From: an uncultured Planctomycetota bacterium
Lineage (GTDB): Bacteria; Planctomycetota; Planctomycetia; Pirellulales; Lacipirellulaceae
Direction: 5' to 3'
DNA length: 64,000 nt
NCBI GenBank assembly: GCA_963719315.1
Contig: CAVRBU010000002.1
Coordinates: 1,184,001-1,248,000 of the forward strand
Shown here: positions 32,102 to 43,481 of the stretch, piece after piece
Numbering within the stretch: the first letter of the stretch is position 1
How the letters are laid out: each line of letters begins with the position of its first letter
Position numbers and translations under genes: made by a program
Notes under the pieces: model-generated
What the model saw: the letters and a program-made list of their open reading frames with translations, nothing else
Databases searched by the model: none
Told to the model about the DNA's origin: nothing

Positions 32102-32448
32102 TCGAACTTTCCGAGATTCGTGTGTTCTTGTGCACCATACCGACGAAGATGAATTACAGCTTCGATACGCTGATGGGGCTGACCCAACAGATCTTCGACC
32201 AAGACCCGCTCTCTGGTCACTTGTTCTTGTTCATCAGTCGCCAGCGTGATCGACTCAAGATCCTATTCTGGGATCACGACGGTCTCGCGATCTTTTACAA
32301 GCGATTGGAGGCGGGAACCTTCCAGCTGCCCAGGTCCGCCGCAGGCAAGCAGGGCATCGAACTGGACGAATCCCAGTTGAACCGACTCTTAACGGGACTC
32401 GATTTGAGAACGGGGCGTCGGCGAAGGCGGTATCGCCGCGTGGGTTAA
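32098..32448 (+). CDS. tnpB: IS66 accessory protein TnpB
   Basis: SFDTL..DPLSGHLFLF..RLKILFWDHDGL..KRLEAGTF. Confidence 0.92.
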   Translation: MIELSEIRVFLCTIPTKMNYSFDTLMGLTQQIFDQDPLSGHLFLFISRQRDRLKILFWDHDGLAIFYKRLEAGTFQLPRSAAGKQGIELDESQLNRLLTGLDLRTGRRRRRYRRVG

Positions 32449-32505
32449 ATATTTTTCTAAAGCACTCTTGCGCGATTGGTAGAAGTCGCTACAACAGTGG
32501 GCGTA

Positions 32506-34263
32506 ATGAATGACGCCGCCTTCTTGCCGAACGACCTGGATCAGTGCCAACGTCTGTTGTTGGCCGCTTTTCGAGAAGCTACCGAGCATGAGCGTCGACT
32601 CGCCGACGCGGAGCGGAAGGCCCAAGCTGCCGAAGAGCGCGCCACTGAGTCTCAGCGACAAGTGACCGACCTCGGCCGCGTGCTGGATGAAACAGCCGCT
32701 TCATTCGAGCAGCTCCGAGAGGAGCACGCGGTGACATTGGAAGAGTTGGCCTGGTATAAGCGATGGGTTCATGGGCGTCGCAGTGAACGGCTCACGGACG
32801 GGGAAGGTCAGGGACAGCTGTTCGACTTGGCTCCACCGGCCGCGGAAGCCGCGAATGATCTCGAGCTCACCGAGCCCGTGCCAGCCGCCGCTCCTCGTCG
32901 AAGGCGACGGCGACGCGAACTGGATCTCTCGCGTCTGCCGCGTCATCGTCATGAGTCGGAGCTATCGGCCGCCGAAAAGACCTGCGACGGTTGCGGACGC
33001 CACAAGGATCGCATCGGCGAAGACGTGACGACGATTCTGGAACATGTCCCCGCCCGGCTGGAAGTGCATGAGTATGTACGGGGCAAGTATGCTTGCCGCT
33101 ATTGCAAAAACGGCGTGTCCAGCCCACCTCCTCCGCCCCGACCGATTGCTCGCGGCATCGCCGGCCCCGGGCTTGTCGCCGAAATTGTTGTCAGCAAGTT
33201 TAGCGATCACCTGCCGCTGTATCGCTTGGAAGACATTTTTGTCCGGTGCGGCGTTCACTTCCCGCGCAGTACCTTGTGCGATTGGGTGGCCGCTGCGGCC
33301 GACCTGCTCCACCCGCTTTACGACTTACAACGCAGGTTGGTCGTTCAATCTCCCGTGCTGTGGACCGACGACACGCCGGTCACGGTACTGGTGGGCGGCG
33401 AGGAAGGAAGTTGCCAAGGGCGCTTCTGGACCTACATCGGTGACGAATATCCGTACTCGGTCTACGACTTCAGCATGAGTCGACGTTGAGACGGTCCGCA
33501 AAGTTTTTTGCAGACGTTTCGCGGCTATCTCCATGCGGACGCTTATGCGGGCTACGACGCGATCTATCTGGGATCGAACCACCAGATCGTCGAGGTTGCC
33601 TGTTGGGCGCATGCCCGCCGCAAGTTCTTCGACGCCTCGAAGAACTACCCACGCCAGTCCCATCAGGTACTCGAGTGGATTAGGCAGTTGTACGACATCG
33701 AGGGCCGAGCACGGGAACTTTCAGTTGACTCGCGATATGACTTGCGCCGCGTCGAAGCAGAGCCCGTGTTGGACAAGCTGGAAGTTTACTTGGCAGAACT
33801 GGCCGAGACCCTCCTGCCCAAGAGCGCGCTGGCCAAGGCGGTTACTTATGCCCGCAATCAATGGCAGGCCCTGCGGCGTTACACCGCGGACGCCCGCTTG
33901 ACCATGGACAACAACACCGCGGAGCGAACACTTCGCCATCAGGCGATCGGGCGGAAGAACTGGTTATTCTTAGGCAGCGAGTCGGCGGGTCCGCGTGCGG
34001 CCGTGTTGTACACAATTCTGGCCGGCGCCAAACGGCAGCGACTGGAACCGTGGACATACGTCCGCGAGCTCCTCCTCCGCATGCACGCCGACGACAACCG
34101 GCTCGAAGAGATGTTGCCAGACCGCTGGGCCGCTGAGCATCCCGAAGCGGTTCTCGTTCATCGCTTGGAAGAATCCCGCGATAAGGCCGCCAGAAAACGC
34201 GAACAGCGACGTCGCCGACGCGCTCGACTGACGCACAGGTCCCCATCGACACAACCAGAATGA
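32506..34263 (+). CDS. tnpC: IS66 transposase TnpC (frameshift near 33489)
   Basis: GRRSER, CDGCG, KFSDHLPLYR, DDTPV, CWAHARRKF, DNNTAER and GRKNWLF motifs. Confidence 0.92.
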
Positions 34264-34286
34264 CCATGGGCGGGCCGGGCGCTTAC

Positions 34287-35003
34287 GTGAAACTGCGGTG
34301 CTCGGCGGTAGAGAATCGTCAGCGTTCCCATGAGGAGAATTGCCAGGGTCGATGGTTCGGGAACCGGGGCGGCAGAACCCGCACCGCTGCCGAGCGTTTC
34401 GCCGAAATGGGCCCGCCAGTAAAGGAAATCGCTCTCGTCCACGGTGCCGGGCGTGGGATCGTTGGCCAGCGACGTGGCGCCGGCCGTCAGCGCGTCGCGC
34501 CACGCCGTATAGTCGGCCGCGTCGATCACGTTGTTGCCGTTGTAGTCGCCTGGCAGCCCGGCGGCGACGGTGAAGTCGAGCGTCGATGACGAATCAACAA
34601 GCGCTGAACTGGCAGTCTCCTCGATCACATAACTACCGGGAAAAAACAAATATTTGAATGCGAAATCAGCTGTGAAAAAGTTGCTGCCGTTTGTAAATGT
34701 TCCGCTGGAACGGAACCACTGCGTGGCCATCGACCCGTCCCACATGAATCCCTGTGTTGGTTGGGTTTCGGTGTACTCGCCACCGCTCAGCGATCCGATC
34801 GGCATGCCGTTCGCTGTTTGGTCGACAGAAAAGTCGAGGATATCATACGTGCCTGGCAACGCCACACCGCCTACGAGATTGCCGTCCGTGACGAATTGTC
34901 CGGCTTCATTGTTCCAGGACCAAACCCAGATCGTGTCCGCACGGACATTCGAAGAGAACGATACGAGCGTAACCACCGCAATCATTTGTTTAATGTGCTT
35001 CAT
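34287..35003 (-). CDS. PEP-CTERM protein with dockerin-like domain; last codons displaced by IS66
   Basis: Signal peptide; GDYNGNNVIDAADY; VPEPSTL-TM-YRR. The native end continues left of 31650 (QFHQLVNA*). Confidence 0.88.
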
Positions 35004-35178
35004 TTCTGGCCCAACCTCGATAGGTTTGCATCGTGACAGTGGCAGAATCGTGGAGTGTGGCAACCTGACAGGCCGAAGTCAAACAGAAAATACTGAGAAA
35101 CTGCCGGTCAAATCCCGGTTCGTTCCGAAGGTAAGCGGCCGGGTCGAGCCGCCACCGGAACTTCCGTGTCCGAAGATT

Positions 35179-35429
35179 CGTTCCTTTGCCGACGCGTTTC
35201 AGCGCCCAAAACGGCACCACGTCTCAATCTGAGATAACGTATGAGTTCCCGGCACGGAAAATCTGTGCCACCAGCGGTCGCGCCAACGACTTTTGGAACG
35301 CCTGGCGTCGAGGGCGATCCGGGTCGCCGGCGCCGAGCGGGCGCCACGCTGCCCACCGCTTCTAACGCTTACGTTTCTAAATCGGTCCGTTCTTGGCGTG
35401 TCTCACGGTTTGGCCCATGCGACGAGTTG
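35179..35429 (-). repeat. PEP-CTERM-associated conserved element, copy A (middle replaced)
   Basis: cgttcctttgcc..gtatgagttcccggcacggaaaatctgtgcca ... cgtttctaaatcggtccgttcttggcgtg..gacgagtt. Confidence 0.85.
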
Positions 35430-35759
35430 TTGACGCTTTTCCGCATGCTACGTCGCCGAGAAATCTGCCTGACGCGCTTCGGCATCCTATTCCCACGCCA
35501 GTCGAATGCTGATCTGATATCCTGCTGCCCGCCGTGTGAAAAACGCCTGATCGACAAATGACACGCCCACCTTACGCAGCTCGACGCTGCGGCGCTGCCG
35601 ATAGTCGAGGTCGCCATTTGAGTGAGCAAAGCGATCGAGAGGCGCCGGGAATAAACGATTGAGGCGCCGTCGCGAAATGCAGTGAAGATTGCTAAACCTT
35701 GGGCTGGTGACCGCTGCGCGAGTGCGATAGCCCACGAGTACCATCAAGCTCTGGATTTG

Positions 35760-36067
35760 GTAAGCGTTCGCCGAACCCATACTTGACGGCTCCGTTACCT
35801 GCGTGAACTCTTCTTGCGATTGCATGCCGACGATTCACGTCTCGATGAAATGTTGCCCGATCGCTGGGCCGCTGATCATCCCGAATCGATTCTTACCTAT
35901 CGCCTGGAAGAATCACGCCAGAAGGCGGCCAGACAGCGCGAGCGACGCCAACGTCGACGTGCACTGCGACGGGCAACGTAGCGTTCACCGCAGCCTCATT
36001 CATCTTGCAGCGCCACCGCCCAGCGTTCTGCAATTTAAGAAACAGTATGCCTCGGCCGGACGCTTAC
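35760..36067 (+). mobile_element. Internally deleted IS66 derivative (mini-IS66)
   Basis: Left end GTAAGCGTTCGC..CCATACTTGACG as at 31651; tnpC 3' remnant (YLRELFLRLHADD..LPDRWAA); right end CGGACGCTTAC; no TSD. Confidence 0.8.
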
Positions 36068-36160
36068 GCCATGGTTGGGAAAATGGTATCTTGTTTTCCG
36101 CGATGGGTAAACGGGGCAATCTATCCCGATATTTCCCGCGATTTTTCTGGTTCGCGAGGA

Positions 36161-36190
36161 TGCGCCATCAAACGGCCGTTTTATGGGACA
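36161..36190. promoter_or_regulatory. Putative resolvase-binding (res-like) inverted repeat
   Basis: TGCGCCATCAAACGGCCGTTTTATGGGACA, an imperfect 30-bp palindrome immediately upstream of the Tn3 transposase. Confidence 0.5.
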
Positions 36191-36208
36191 CCCATTTGAG
36201 AGGGCAAT

Positions 36209-38865
36209 ATGAACGCGGATTCCCAGCCTAACAACCGCGTGCTCGAACTGGGTAAATTGACGCCAGAGGACCTCCGCCGGATTGGACAGCGCCGTCGGAA
36301 TTACAATCGGCTCGGCTTTGGCTACCAGGTTGCCTTCGTAAGGCTGGAGAATCGCTTTCCAGTTCAGACGCCCTTCGAACTGAATGACGACCTGCTAACC
36401 TTCGTCGCCGTGCAGACCGACATCGCGGCTTGTGAAATTGAGCAATACACCGACCGGCAGCAAACGATTTCGGAGCATCGGGCGCAGATTCGCGAATATC
36501 TGTCACTCACTCTCTTCGAGGACGCTGACTGCGAAAGACTCGAAGCATTTTTATTCGATGAGTGCTGCCGCTTGGAACAGACTGCGATATTGCGACTTAG
36601 GGCCAGAGATTATCTCAGAAATGCAGGAATCCTTGAGCCAGGTCGGTCCATTCTGGACCGAGTGATTGGCGAGCAGCGTCGGCGGGCTCGTGAACATATT
36701 TTCGCTCTTGTCCACGATGCCCTCGATGTTGAGCAGCAGCGAAGGCTGTCTGCCTCTTGGTTCAAACGTATCAGGACACCATCGACTTTGTCGTTGATAT
36801 GCACGACAAGCTGTTGCTGCGCATCTGTTCTCAGGCGGAACGCGAAGTGGACGAATCTCTGGCTTGCAAACGGAAGTTAATTAAACGTTCGGCGGCAATG
36901 CTGCAGAAGTTGGGGACGGTACTTCTCGACGACGCAGTGCCGGACGATAAACTCCGCACAGCAGTGTTTGAGCAAGTGTCCCGAGATGAGCTGGCCGCAC
37001 AGATTTCCGAGTCCATCGAGCTGACCGGTGACAAAGCTGAGCAGGAATTCAAACGGGTGATGCGGCGATTTAGCTATCTGCGTCGCTATACTCCTGCAGT
37101 TTTGGGGCATCTCGCAATCGAATCCCAGGCCAATGAGCATCCATCACCGGTTCTCAATGGGGTTTCCAGTCTAGTGGCTGCGAACGAATCCAACACTCGA
37201 AAATTGCCCCCCAAAACACCCATCGACTTCGTACCTAAGAGGCTACGTGCGATTGTCGGTGAAAATGACTCACTGAATCGGCAGGCGTGGGAATGTTCAC
37301 TCCTCATCGCGCTTCGAGACGAAATCAAGGTCGGCAACTTGGCAGTCGGGGACAGCAAGAGGTTTGGGGATTTCGATCGTTTCTTCACCGAGACCGACAA
37401 GTGGGAGAATCATCGAAGTGGTTTCTTCCGCCAGGCAGGTCTGCCATGCTCTGGGGATGAAGCGGCCGAATACCTTACCGCGAGACTGGATGGAGCGTTT
37501 GACGAGTTTCTGCAAGCCCTGCCGGAGAACGCCTTTGCATCCATCGACGAAGATGGTTGGCGTCTTTCCACCGATGCGGCGGAGAAACTCTCCGCAGGTG
37601 AGGAGCTGCAACTAACCCGTTTGAAAGAGTGGCTCACAAAGAACATGCGGCCAACCCGCTTGCCCGACTTGCTGATTGAAGTCGATAACGAACTACAGTT
37701 CACGCGCCACTTTGCCAGGGACGGGGGAGAAAGGCGCGATGTGGACGAGATACGGACAATCTTGGCAACCGTGCTCGCTCATGGTTGCAACATCAGCCCC
37801 TATACCATGGCAAGGCTGACGGACGGCGTTTCGTACTCACAGATTAAACGAGTGACCGATTGGCAGTTTTCCGAAGACAATCAACGGTCGGCGCTGGCCG
37901 ATGTCGTTCGAGCAATCAGCTCGCTAGGCGCCTCACTGACGTGGGGTGAAGGCAAGGCATCCAGCAGCGATGGCCAACGATTCCTGTTTCCACGGAAGGT
38001 CCTGCAGCGGACGTTCAGCCATCGGATGAGTGACTACGCCCTGGAATTCTATTCGTTTGTCGCAGACAACTATGCCCCGTTCTACAGCACGCCAATCGAA
38101 TGTTCCGACCGGGACGCGGCGTATGTGCTCGATGGCCTGCTTTACAACGAGAGCGACCTCGACCTGGAAGAGCACTACACAGACACGCACGGCTACACCG
38201 AAATCAACTTTGCGGCGTTCGCCATGCTCGGCAAACGATTCTGTCCACGCATACGCGGCATTCAACATCAACGGATTTATCGCATCAACAAAGACAGAGA
38301 TTACGGTTGCCTAGAGCCCCTCGTAAACCGTTCCGATCGAACCATTGCTCTGAAGCTCATTTCGGACCACTGGGACCGGATGGGACACTTTTACGCATCG
38401 CTGGAGAGCGGACACGCCACTGCGTCTGTCGCATTGAAGCGATTAGCTGGGTACAGCCGCAAAAATCTGTTTTACCGAGCCAATCGAGAACTTGGCCGGG
38501 TGTTCAAGACCGAGTTCATCCTGCATTACATGTCTCAGTCGCCGCTTCGACGCAGAATCCGTCGTGGCCTTCTGAAAGGAGAACAGCTTCATACGCTTGC
38601 GAGGGATGTTTGCTACGGAAAACGTGGGAGAATCACTGCTCGCGACTTGCACGAGCAGATGAACACGTGCAGTTGCCTGACGCTGATATTGGCATCCATC
38701 ATTTTCTGGCAAGCCCGAGAAATCGAGCGCGTCTTCTCCGAATGTGACCCTTTGGGGTCTGGTATCGAAGTGTCGCTCCTTGAGCACGTCAGCCCCATCG
38801 AGTGGGAAAACGTGCTGCTCTACGGGGAATATATCATCGACCGTGACCGAATCCAGGTGGCTTAG
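36209..38865 (+). pseudogene. tnpA: Tn3-family transposase with frameshift and probable internal deletion near 36750
   Basis: DUF4158-like N-terminus (YNRLGFGYQ); SSSDGQRF, VLDGLL, HYTDTHGY, PRIR, ELGR..KTEF and LLKGE motifs. Confidence 0.88.
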
Positions 38866-38898
38866 CGTGTATCACGACAGCAATCTGCTTAGTACCCT
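38861..38898 (-). repeat. Tn3-type 38-bp terminal inverted repeat (right end; partner not found)
   Basis: Reverse complement AGGGTACTAAG...ACACGCTAAG, 38 bp, overlapping the tnpA stop. Confidence 0.7.
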
Positions 38899-39079
38899 TG
38901 GGTCGAGTGTTTCGTTGCCCAAGACGCATCCCTTTTCTGCCTCCGTCGATGGCGAAAATGCTTGAATCCTAGGAGCGGGCCCTCTATACTCATGGCCAGG
39001 TTCCGCGACCACCATCTCGGCAGAAAGTTTCGGACTTTCACGCGGGTGCCGCGACGGGTTTACGGGGGTCGAACGAGAG

Positions 39080-40768
39080 ATGCATCGTAATCGGCTTCGA
39101 TGCGCCGGCGCGATAGTGCTGGCGACCATGGGATGGATGTATGCGGGCGCCGCTGCATCGTCCTTGCAATACAACTCCCTCGCGCTGAGCGGCGCCGTCG
39201 GCACGAGTTTGGGCTTGGGCCCCAACCTCGGCCCTGGCGTGAACTTCAGCGGCTTCGGCCCTCCCGTGCTCAACGCCGCCGGCGAAGTGGCGTTCGATGG
39301 CATTCTCTCCGGCGCAGGAGTGGACTCCTCGAACAACTCCGGAGTCTTCAGCAACGCCGGCGGGTCACTGGCAGTGGTGGCGAGAACGGGCGCTGCCGGC
39401 CCGGGGCCCAACCTCGGCCCAGGCGTTAACTTCAGCCGCTTCGGTGTTCCCGTGCTCAACGCCGTCGGAGAGGTGGCGTTCTTCGGCATGCTCACGGGCC
39501 TCGGGGCCGATGGCACCTTCGACTCGGGCATGTTCAACAATGCCGGCGGGACATTGACCACATTGGCGCACGAGTCTGCTAACGGGCCAGGTCCCAATCT
39601 CGGCGCGGACGTTTATTTCAGCACCTTCAGCGAGATACCCGTGTTCGACTCCTCCGGCAAAATGGCGTTTACCAGTAAGCTCACGGGCAGCCCGGTCGAC
39701 ACTCCGAATGACGAGGGCATCTTCAGCAACGTCGGCGGGACAGTGGCCGTTGTGGCGCGCGAGGGCGCCGGCGGGCCGGGCCCCAACCTCGGCCCCAACG
39801 CGACTTTCCACGACACGAGTGGCAACACATTCGATCCGCCCGTGCTCAACGCCGTCGGCACAATGGCGTTCAAAGCGAGAGTCACAGAGTTTGGCGGTTC
39901 GACCTCCGGCGTCTTTGTCCACGCCAACGGGACCACAACGCCGATCGCTCGGACGAACAATGGCGGGCCCGGGCCCAACCTCGGCGCGAACGTCATCTTT
40001 GGCCAACTCGGCGATCCAGTGATCAACGCCGCCGACAATGTGGCGTTCAGCTGCAATCTCTTTGGCGGCGAGGTGACCAGCGCGGATGATGCTGCCATCT
40101 TTAGTAACACCGGCGGGTCGCTCGCTGTCGTGGCCCGCGAAGGTCCAGCCGGGCCGGGCCCAAACCTTGCGGCGGGTGTGAACTTCAGCACGTTTAACGC
40201 TCCCGTGATTAACGCTGCCGGAGAGGTGGCGTTCATGGCCTCCCTCGCCGGTAGCGGCGTGGACTCGACGAACGACGAGGGCATCTTCACCAATGTCGGC
40301 GGGACTCTGGCGGCGGTGGCGCGGACGGGCATTGGCGGGCCAGGACCCAACGTCGGCGACGGCGTGGTCTTCAGCAACTTCCTCCTTAGCGTCCCCGTTT
40401 TCCACGCCGCTGGCCAAGTGGCCTTCGTCGGCGTCATCACTGGCAACGGGGTGACCGCCGCGAACGACCAAGGCATTTGGACGAACATCGGCGGTACGTT
40501 GACGAAAATTGTACGTGAAGGCGATCTATTCAACGTCGACCCTGGCCCAGGTGTGGACCTGCGCACGATCTCAAACCTGCTTCTCTTCGGCAACTCAGGC
40601 GGGGAGGATGGGCGGCCTTGGAGTTTCAACGACTCCGGAGTGTTGACGTTTGCGCTGAGTTTCACCGACGGCTCTGCTGGCGTCTTCACCGCACTGGTCC
40701 CCGAGCCGGTGTCGGCTGAGCTGCTGGCGCTGGGCGGGCTGGCGCTACTCGGGCGGCGGAAGCGATGA
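39080..40768 (+). CDS. NxxGxxAF tandem-repeat surface protein with PEP-CTERM anchor
   Basis: Repeated GPGPNLG..F..PVLNAAGEVAF..GIFSN.GG.LAVVAR units; VPEP-TM-RRKR. Confidence 0.9.
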   Translation: MHRNRLRCAGAIVLATMGWMYAGAAASSLQYNSLALSGAVGTSLGLGPNLGPGVNFSGFGPPVLNAAGEVAFDGILSGAGVDSSNNSGVFSNAGGSLAVVARTGAAGPGPNLGPGVNFSRFGVPVLNAVGEVAFFGMLTGLGADGTFDSGMFNNAGGTLTTLAHESANGPGPNLGADVYFSTFSEIPVFDSSGKMAFTSKLTGSPVDTPNDEGIFSNVGGTVAVVAREGAGGPGPNLGPNATFHDTSGNTFDPPVLNAVGTMAFKARVTEFGGSTSGVFVHANGTTTPIARTNNGGPGPNLGANVIFGQLGDPVINAADNVAFSCNLFGGEVTSADDAAIFSNTGGSLAVVAREGPAGPGPNLAAGVNFSTFNAPVINAAGEVAFMASLAGSGVDSTNDEGIFTNVGGTLAAVARTGIGGPGPNVGDGVVFSNFLLSVPVFHAAGQVAFVGVITGNGVTAANDQGIWTNIGGTLTKIVREGDLFNVDPGPGVDLRTISNLLLFGNSGGEDGRPWSFNDSGVLTFALSFTDGSAGVFTALVPEPVSAELLALGGLALLGRRKR

Positions 40769-41315
40769 CCCGCGTCGCTGAAATCCAAAGGTAGTCTCCG
40801 TTCGCCCTCTGGAGGTTCTTCTCCTAGGCGAGTCCCATCAACTTTTGGGGCGTGATCATGCTGAGAATCCACCAATATATGGAAACTGAAGTGGAGATCG
40901 GTCACCCATTTCGCAAACTGCGACAGGTTGTCGCTGAGACCGATAAGGTCTCGATATGGGCTGCGATGGCAAGTTGGATTCCCAATGAATTGGCGTGTCG
41001 AATTCAAATTTGATTGACGACGTAGGAAGGATTGCTAGATTGACGGGGAGCGGAACGATCAATCTCGGAAAGGGTCAAGAACTCACAAGGAAAAGCTAAT
41101 AAATCAAGAAGCGTTAGGAACTTCCCGTGCGGACCATTTGGTCCGAGCGACCCGAGAGATTCCTAACGCTTTTTTCATTTGGCTGTCAGACTCCGGCCAC
41201 CAATAGGATGCGGGCGAGCAACGTCGTGATGCCTGGCGTCGATTCATGAAATCTGCAACTGGTGCGTTTTTGTGTTGGAGCATTCCTTTCTTACCACGGA
41301 CAAGGAGTAGAACCA

Positions 41316-42182
41316 ATGTTCAAACAGATCTCGACAACGACCTTCTTTACGGCCCTAGCGGTCACTATCGCAGCACTCGCTGGCAGCCGGGAAAGCACTG
41401 CCGCTTCGGTGAAATTCACCGCTGAAGTTCCCAACGGGGTGACGCAGTTCCAAGACATCGTTCAGTTTAGCGTCGTCAACCATGACAATAGCTTTACGAG
41501 TGATCAGCTGGAAATCGGTGCCGGTGCTACTGGTAGTGGAATCGCTAGTACTATGAGGACCGAATTAGAAAACTTCTCCAACTTTGATGGGACTGTAGCC
41601 GGCAACATGCTTACAGTGCAAAATGCGTCCACGGGAGCCTACATGGCTAACGCAGAGATCGGGATGTCGATGGAAGTCAGCCCGATGGGGGACGGGTGCG
41701 TCGGTTGTCATCTGCCAGACTTACCGTATGTTGGGCATCTTCCAGGTCACAAAGTTCCGTCGTTGATCGTGTTTCTGGGCGGCTCAGACGGTCAGCCCGC
41801 CCCAGTGCACACAGACGGCGTGGTCATCCTTAGCATGTCGCTGCCTGGCATCGTTGCGGGGACGTTTGAGTTTAGCGCTTCGTTCGCACCGGGCATGACT
41901 ACAACTGACATCATCGGGCAGCTCGACGTGGCGCTCCGCAACACGGCCTGGCCGACCGGCGTCGAATATTTTGGATTGGAAAATGGTTTGCCGACGCTCG
42001 AAATCGGAGGAGATGCAGATCTTAGGGTAAGAGTCGGCGCAACACCTACGATCAGCAATTCCGACCCCGGTTTCCTGGTTGGCGCCGCCGCCGTTGGCGC
42101 CGTGCCCGAGCCCGCGACTCTGTGGATGCTCCTTGGCGGTATCCTGACGGTTTGCTTTCGCCGACGCTCAAAGGTGTCGTAA
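41316..42182 (+). CDS. PEP-CTERM protein containing a CxxCH motif
   Basis: AAGGAG RBS; signal peptide; CVGCH; VPEPATL-TM-RRR. Confidence 0.88.
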   Translation: MFKQISTTTFFTALAVTIAALAGSRESTAASVKFTAEVPNGVTQFQDIVQFSVVNHDNSFTSDQLEIGAGATGSGIASTMRTELENFSNFDGTVAGNMLTVQNASTGAYMANAEIGMSMEVSPMGDGCVGCHLPDLPYVGHLPGHKVPSLIVFLGGSDGQPAPVHTDGVVILSMSLPGIVAGTFEFSASFAPGMTTTDIIGQLDVALRNTAWPTGVEYFGLENGLPTLEIGGDADLRVRVGATPTISNSDPGFLVGAAAVGAVPEPATLWMLLGGILTVCFRRRSKVS

Positions 42183-42371
42183 ACTCATTGCCGCGTGGGA
42201 CATCCCAACAAGCGACCTATTTAGAAACGGCTGGCCGGCGTCGATGGGCGTCTCTAAACCCGTCGATGCGGAGCTATCTGGCACAGATTTTCTGTGTTGG
42301 AAAGTCGTACGTTATCTCAGACTGAGACGCGGAGCAGTTTTGGGGCCCTGAAACGTCGCGTCAAAGGAACG
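42183..42371 (+). repeat. PEP-CTERM-associated conserved element, copy D (full length)
   Basis: Begins at the stop codon; reverse-complement homolog of 59934-60123 and 61614-61802. Confidence 0.9.
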
Positions 42372-42571
42372 GCATTTGAGATTCGCAAATCTGCGCCTAT
42401 TCAAACGTGGCCCCTAGTGCGACACACAATTTCCCACTAGCCGAAGAACGCGCCGGCAAACCGTGAGTTGTTACAATTATGGCTGTTTGGGAGTCTGGAT
42501 TGGTTCCAGGCTCGGCCCATCTGGCGAAATGTCGGCCTAGTCATCGTTGGCGGTATTGGGGAGTCAGTTCG

Positions 42572-43141
42572 ATGCACACCGAAATATTGATAATAGTCGT
42601 TTGTTTGCTGGGGCAATTAACCCAGACACCCGCTCCAAATCTTACTACTTCCGAGAGCATTGAAGTACGCTACGCCCGTACGCAATTGCAATTGAGCGAG
42701 GCGAACCTGAATCGCGTTGAGCAGCGCAACAAGCAAGTAGAGCGTTCAGTGCCGAGCAGCGTCGTGGCCGAATACCAACACGAGGTGCAGGTGGCGAAAA
42801 CACGACTGGAGCAAGCTAACGCTGGCCGGGCCGCTAGTGAATTTCAAGTCTGGTTGCAGCGCGCCGAAGCCGAACGAAAAACGGCGGAGACGACATGGAA
42901 GAACGCGACTGCCGCGAACGGTAGCGTGCCCGGGACCGTCGAGCCGCTCGAACGTCGAACGTTATCGTCTGCCGCCGAGGTTGCTAAACTACAACTCGAA
43001 CGCGGCCAGGCTTTGGTTGACTCCGGCCGCGAAGCGCAACAGCAATGGGAAATCGAGGTGCTGGATAACGAGGTGCAGCGTCTGAAAGAAGAATCCCGTC
43101 AGTCAACGCCGTTCATCGGTTTTCCGTCCTGGGGGTGGTGA
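42572..43141 (+). CDS. Secreted helical/coiled-coil hypothetical protein
   Basis: Hydrophobic N-terminus; E/Q/A/R-rich heptad-like sequence. Confidence 0.6.
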   Translation: MHTEILIIVVCLLGQLTQTPAPNLTTSESIEVRYARTQLQLSEANLNRVEQRNKQVERSVPSSVVAEYQHEVQVAKTRLEQANAGRAASEFQVWLQRAEAERKTAETTWKNATAANGSVPGTVEPLERRTLSSAAEVAKLQLERGQALVDSGREAQQQWEIEVLDNEVQRLKEESRQSTPFIGFPSWGW

Positions 43142-43481
43142 GTGTGGTGCCCGGCTTGCCATTCGCCTCCGCGACCTTTACAGCGAATCCACATTGTTAG
43201 CTGGCTGATGACCCACAATGCGTGTAGTTGTGGCTTCAGCCTACAACCGACCCTTTCTCGGAATGCTGAGCCAACGTGAACGGTATACTAAGGGCCGCAT
43301 CACATTGCATCTCTAATCGAGGCCGTCGATCAACACAATCTAATTTTCCGCTGCGAACTTATCGAAGGCGCCGAATCGGAAAAGCGGCGTGACAACGTGG
43401 CCGATATTTTGAATGAACTTCTTGGTTGTCGCTTTTTGAAATGTTGTAATTTGTCGTCCCGGGTATTTCGAGAAGATCTCG

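Larger units (their letters stand above)
31651..34286 (+). mobile_element. Complete IS66-family element
   Basis: Ends GTAAGCG../..CGCTTAC; 9-bp direct repeat GTGAAACTG at 31642-31650 and 34287-34295; tnpA-tnpB-tnpC. Confidence 0.95.

Noticed and set aside
35241..35561. ORFs starting MSSRHGKSVP at 35241 and 59996 as a small-protein family
   Set aside because: They arise from the repeated element, diverge after about 10 codons, run antisense to neighbouring genes, and the ATG is absent in copy D.
42183..42371. Conserved element as a canonical integron attC
   Set aside because: It has AAC near the stop, but no consistent RYYYAAC...GTTRRRY ends, modules are in mixed orientation, and the only tyrosine recombinase is a tRNA-island type with no recognisable IntI features.
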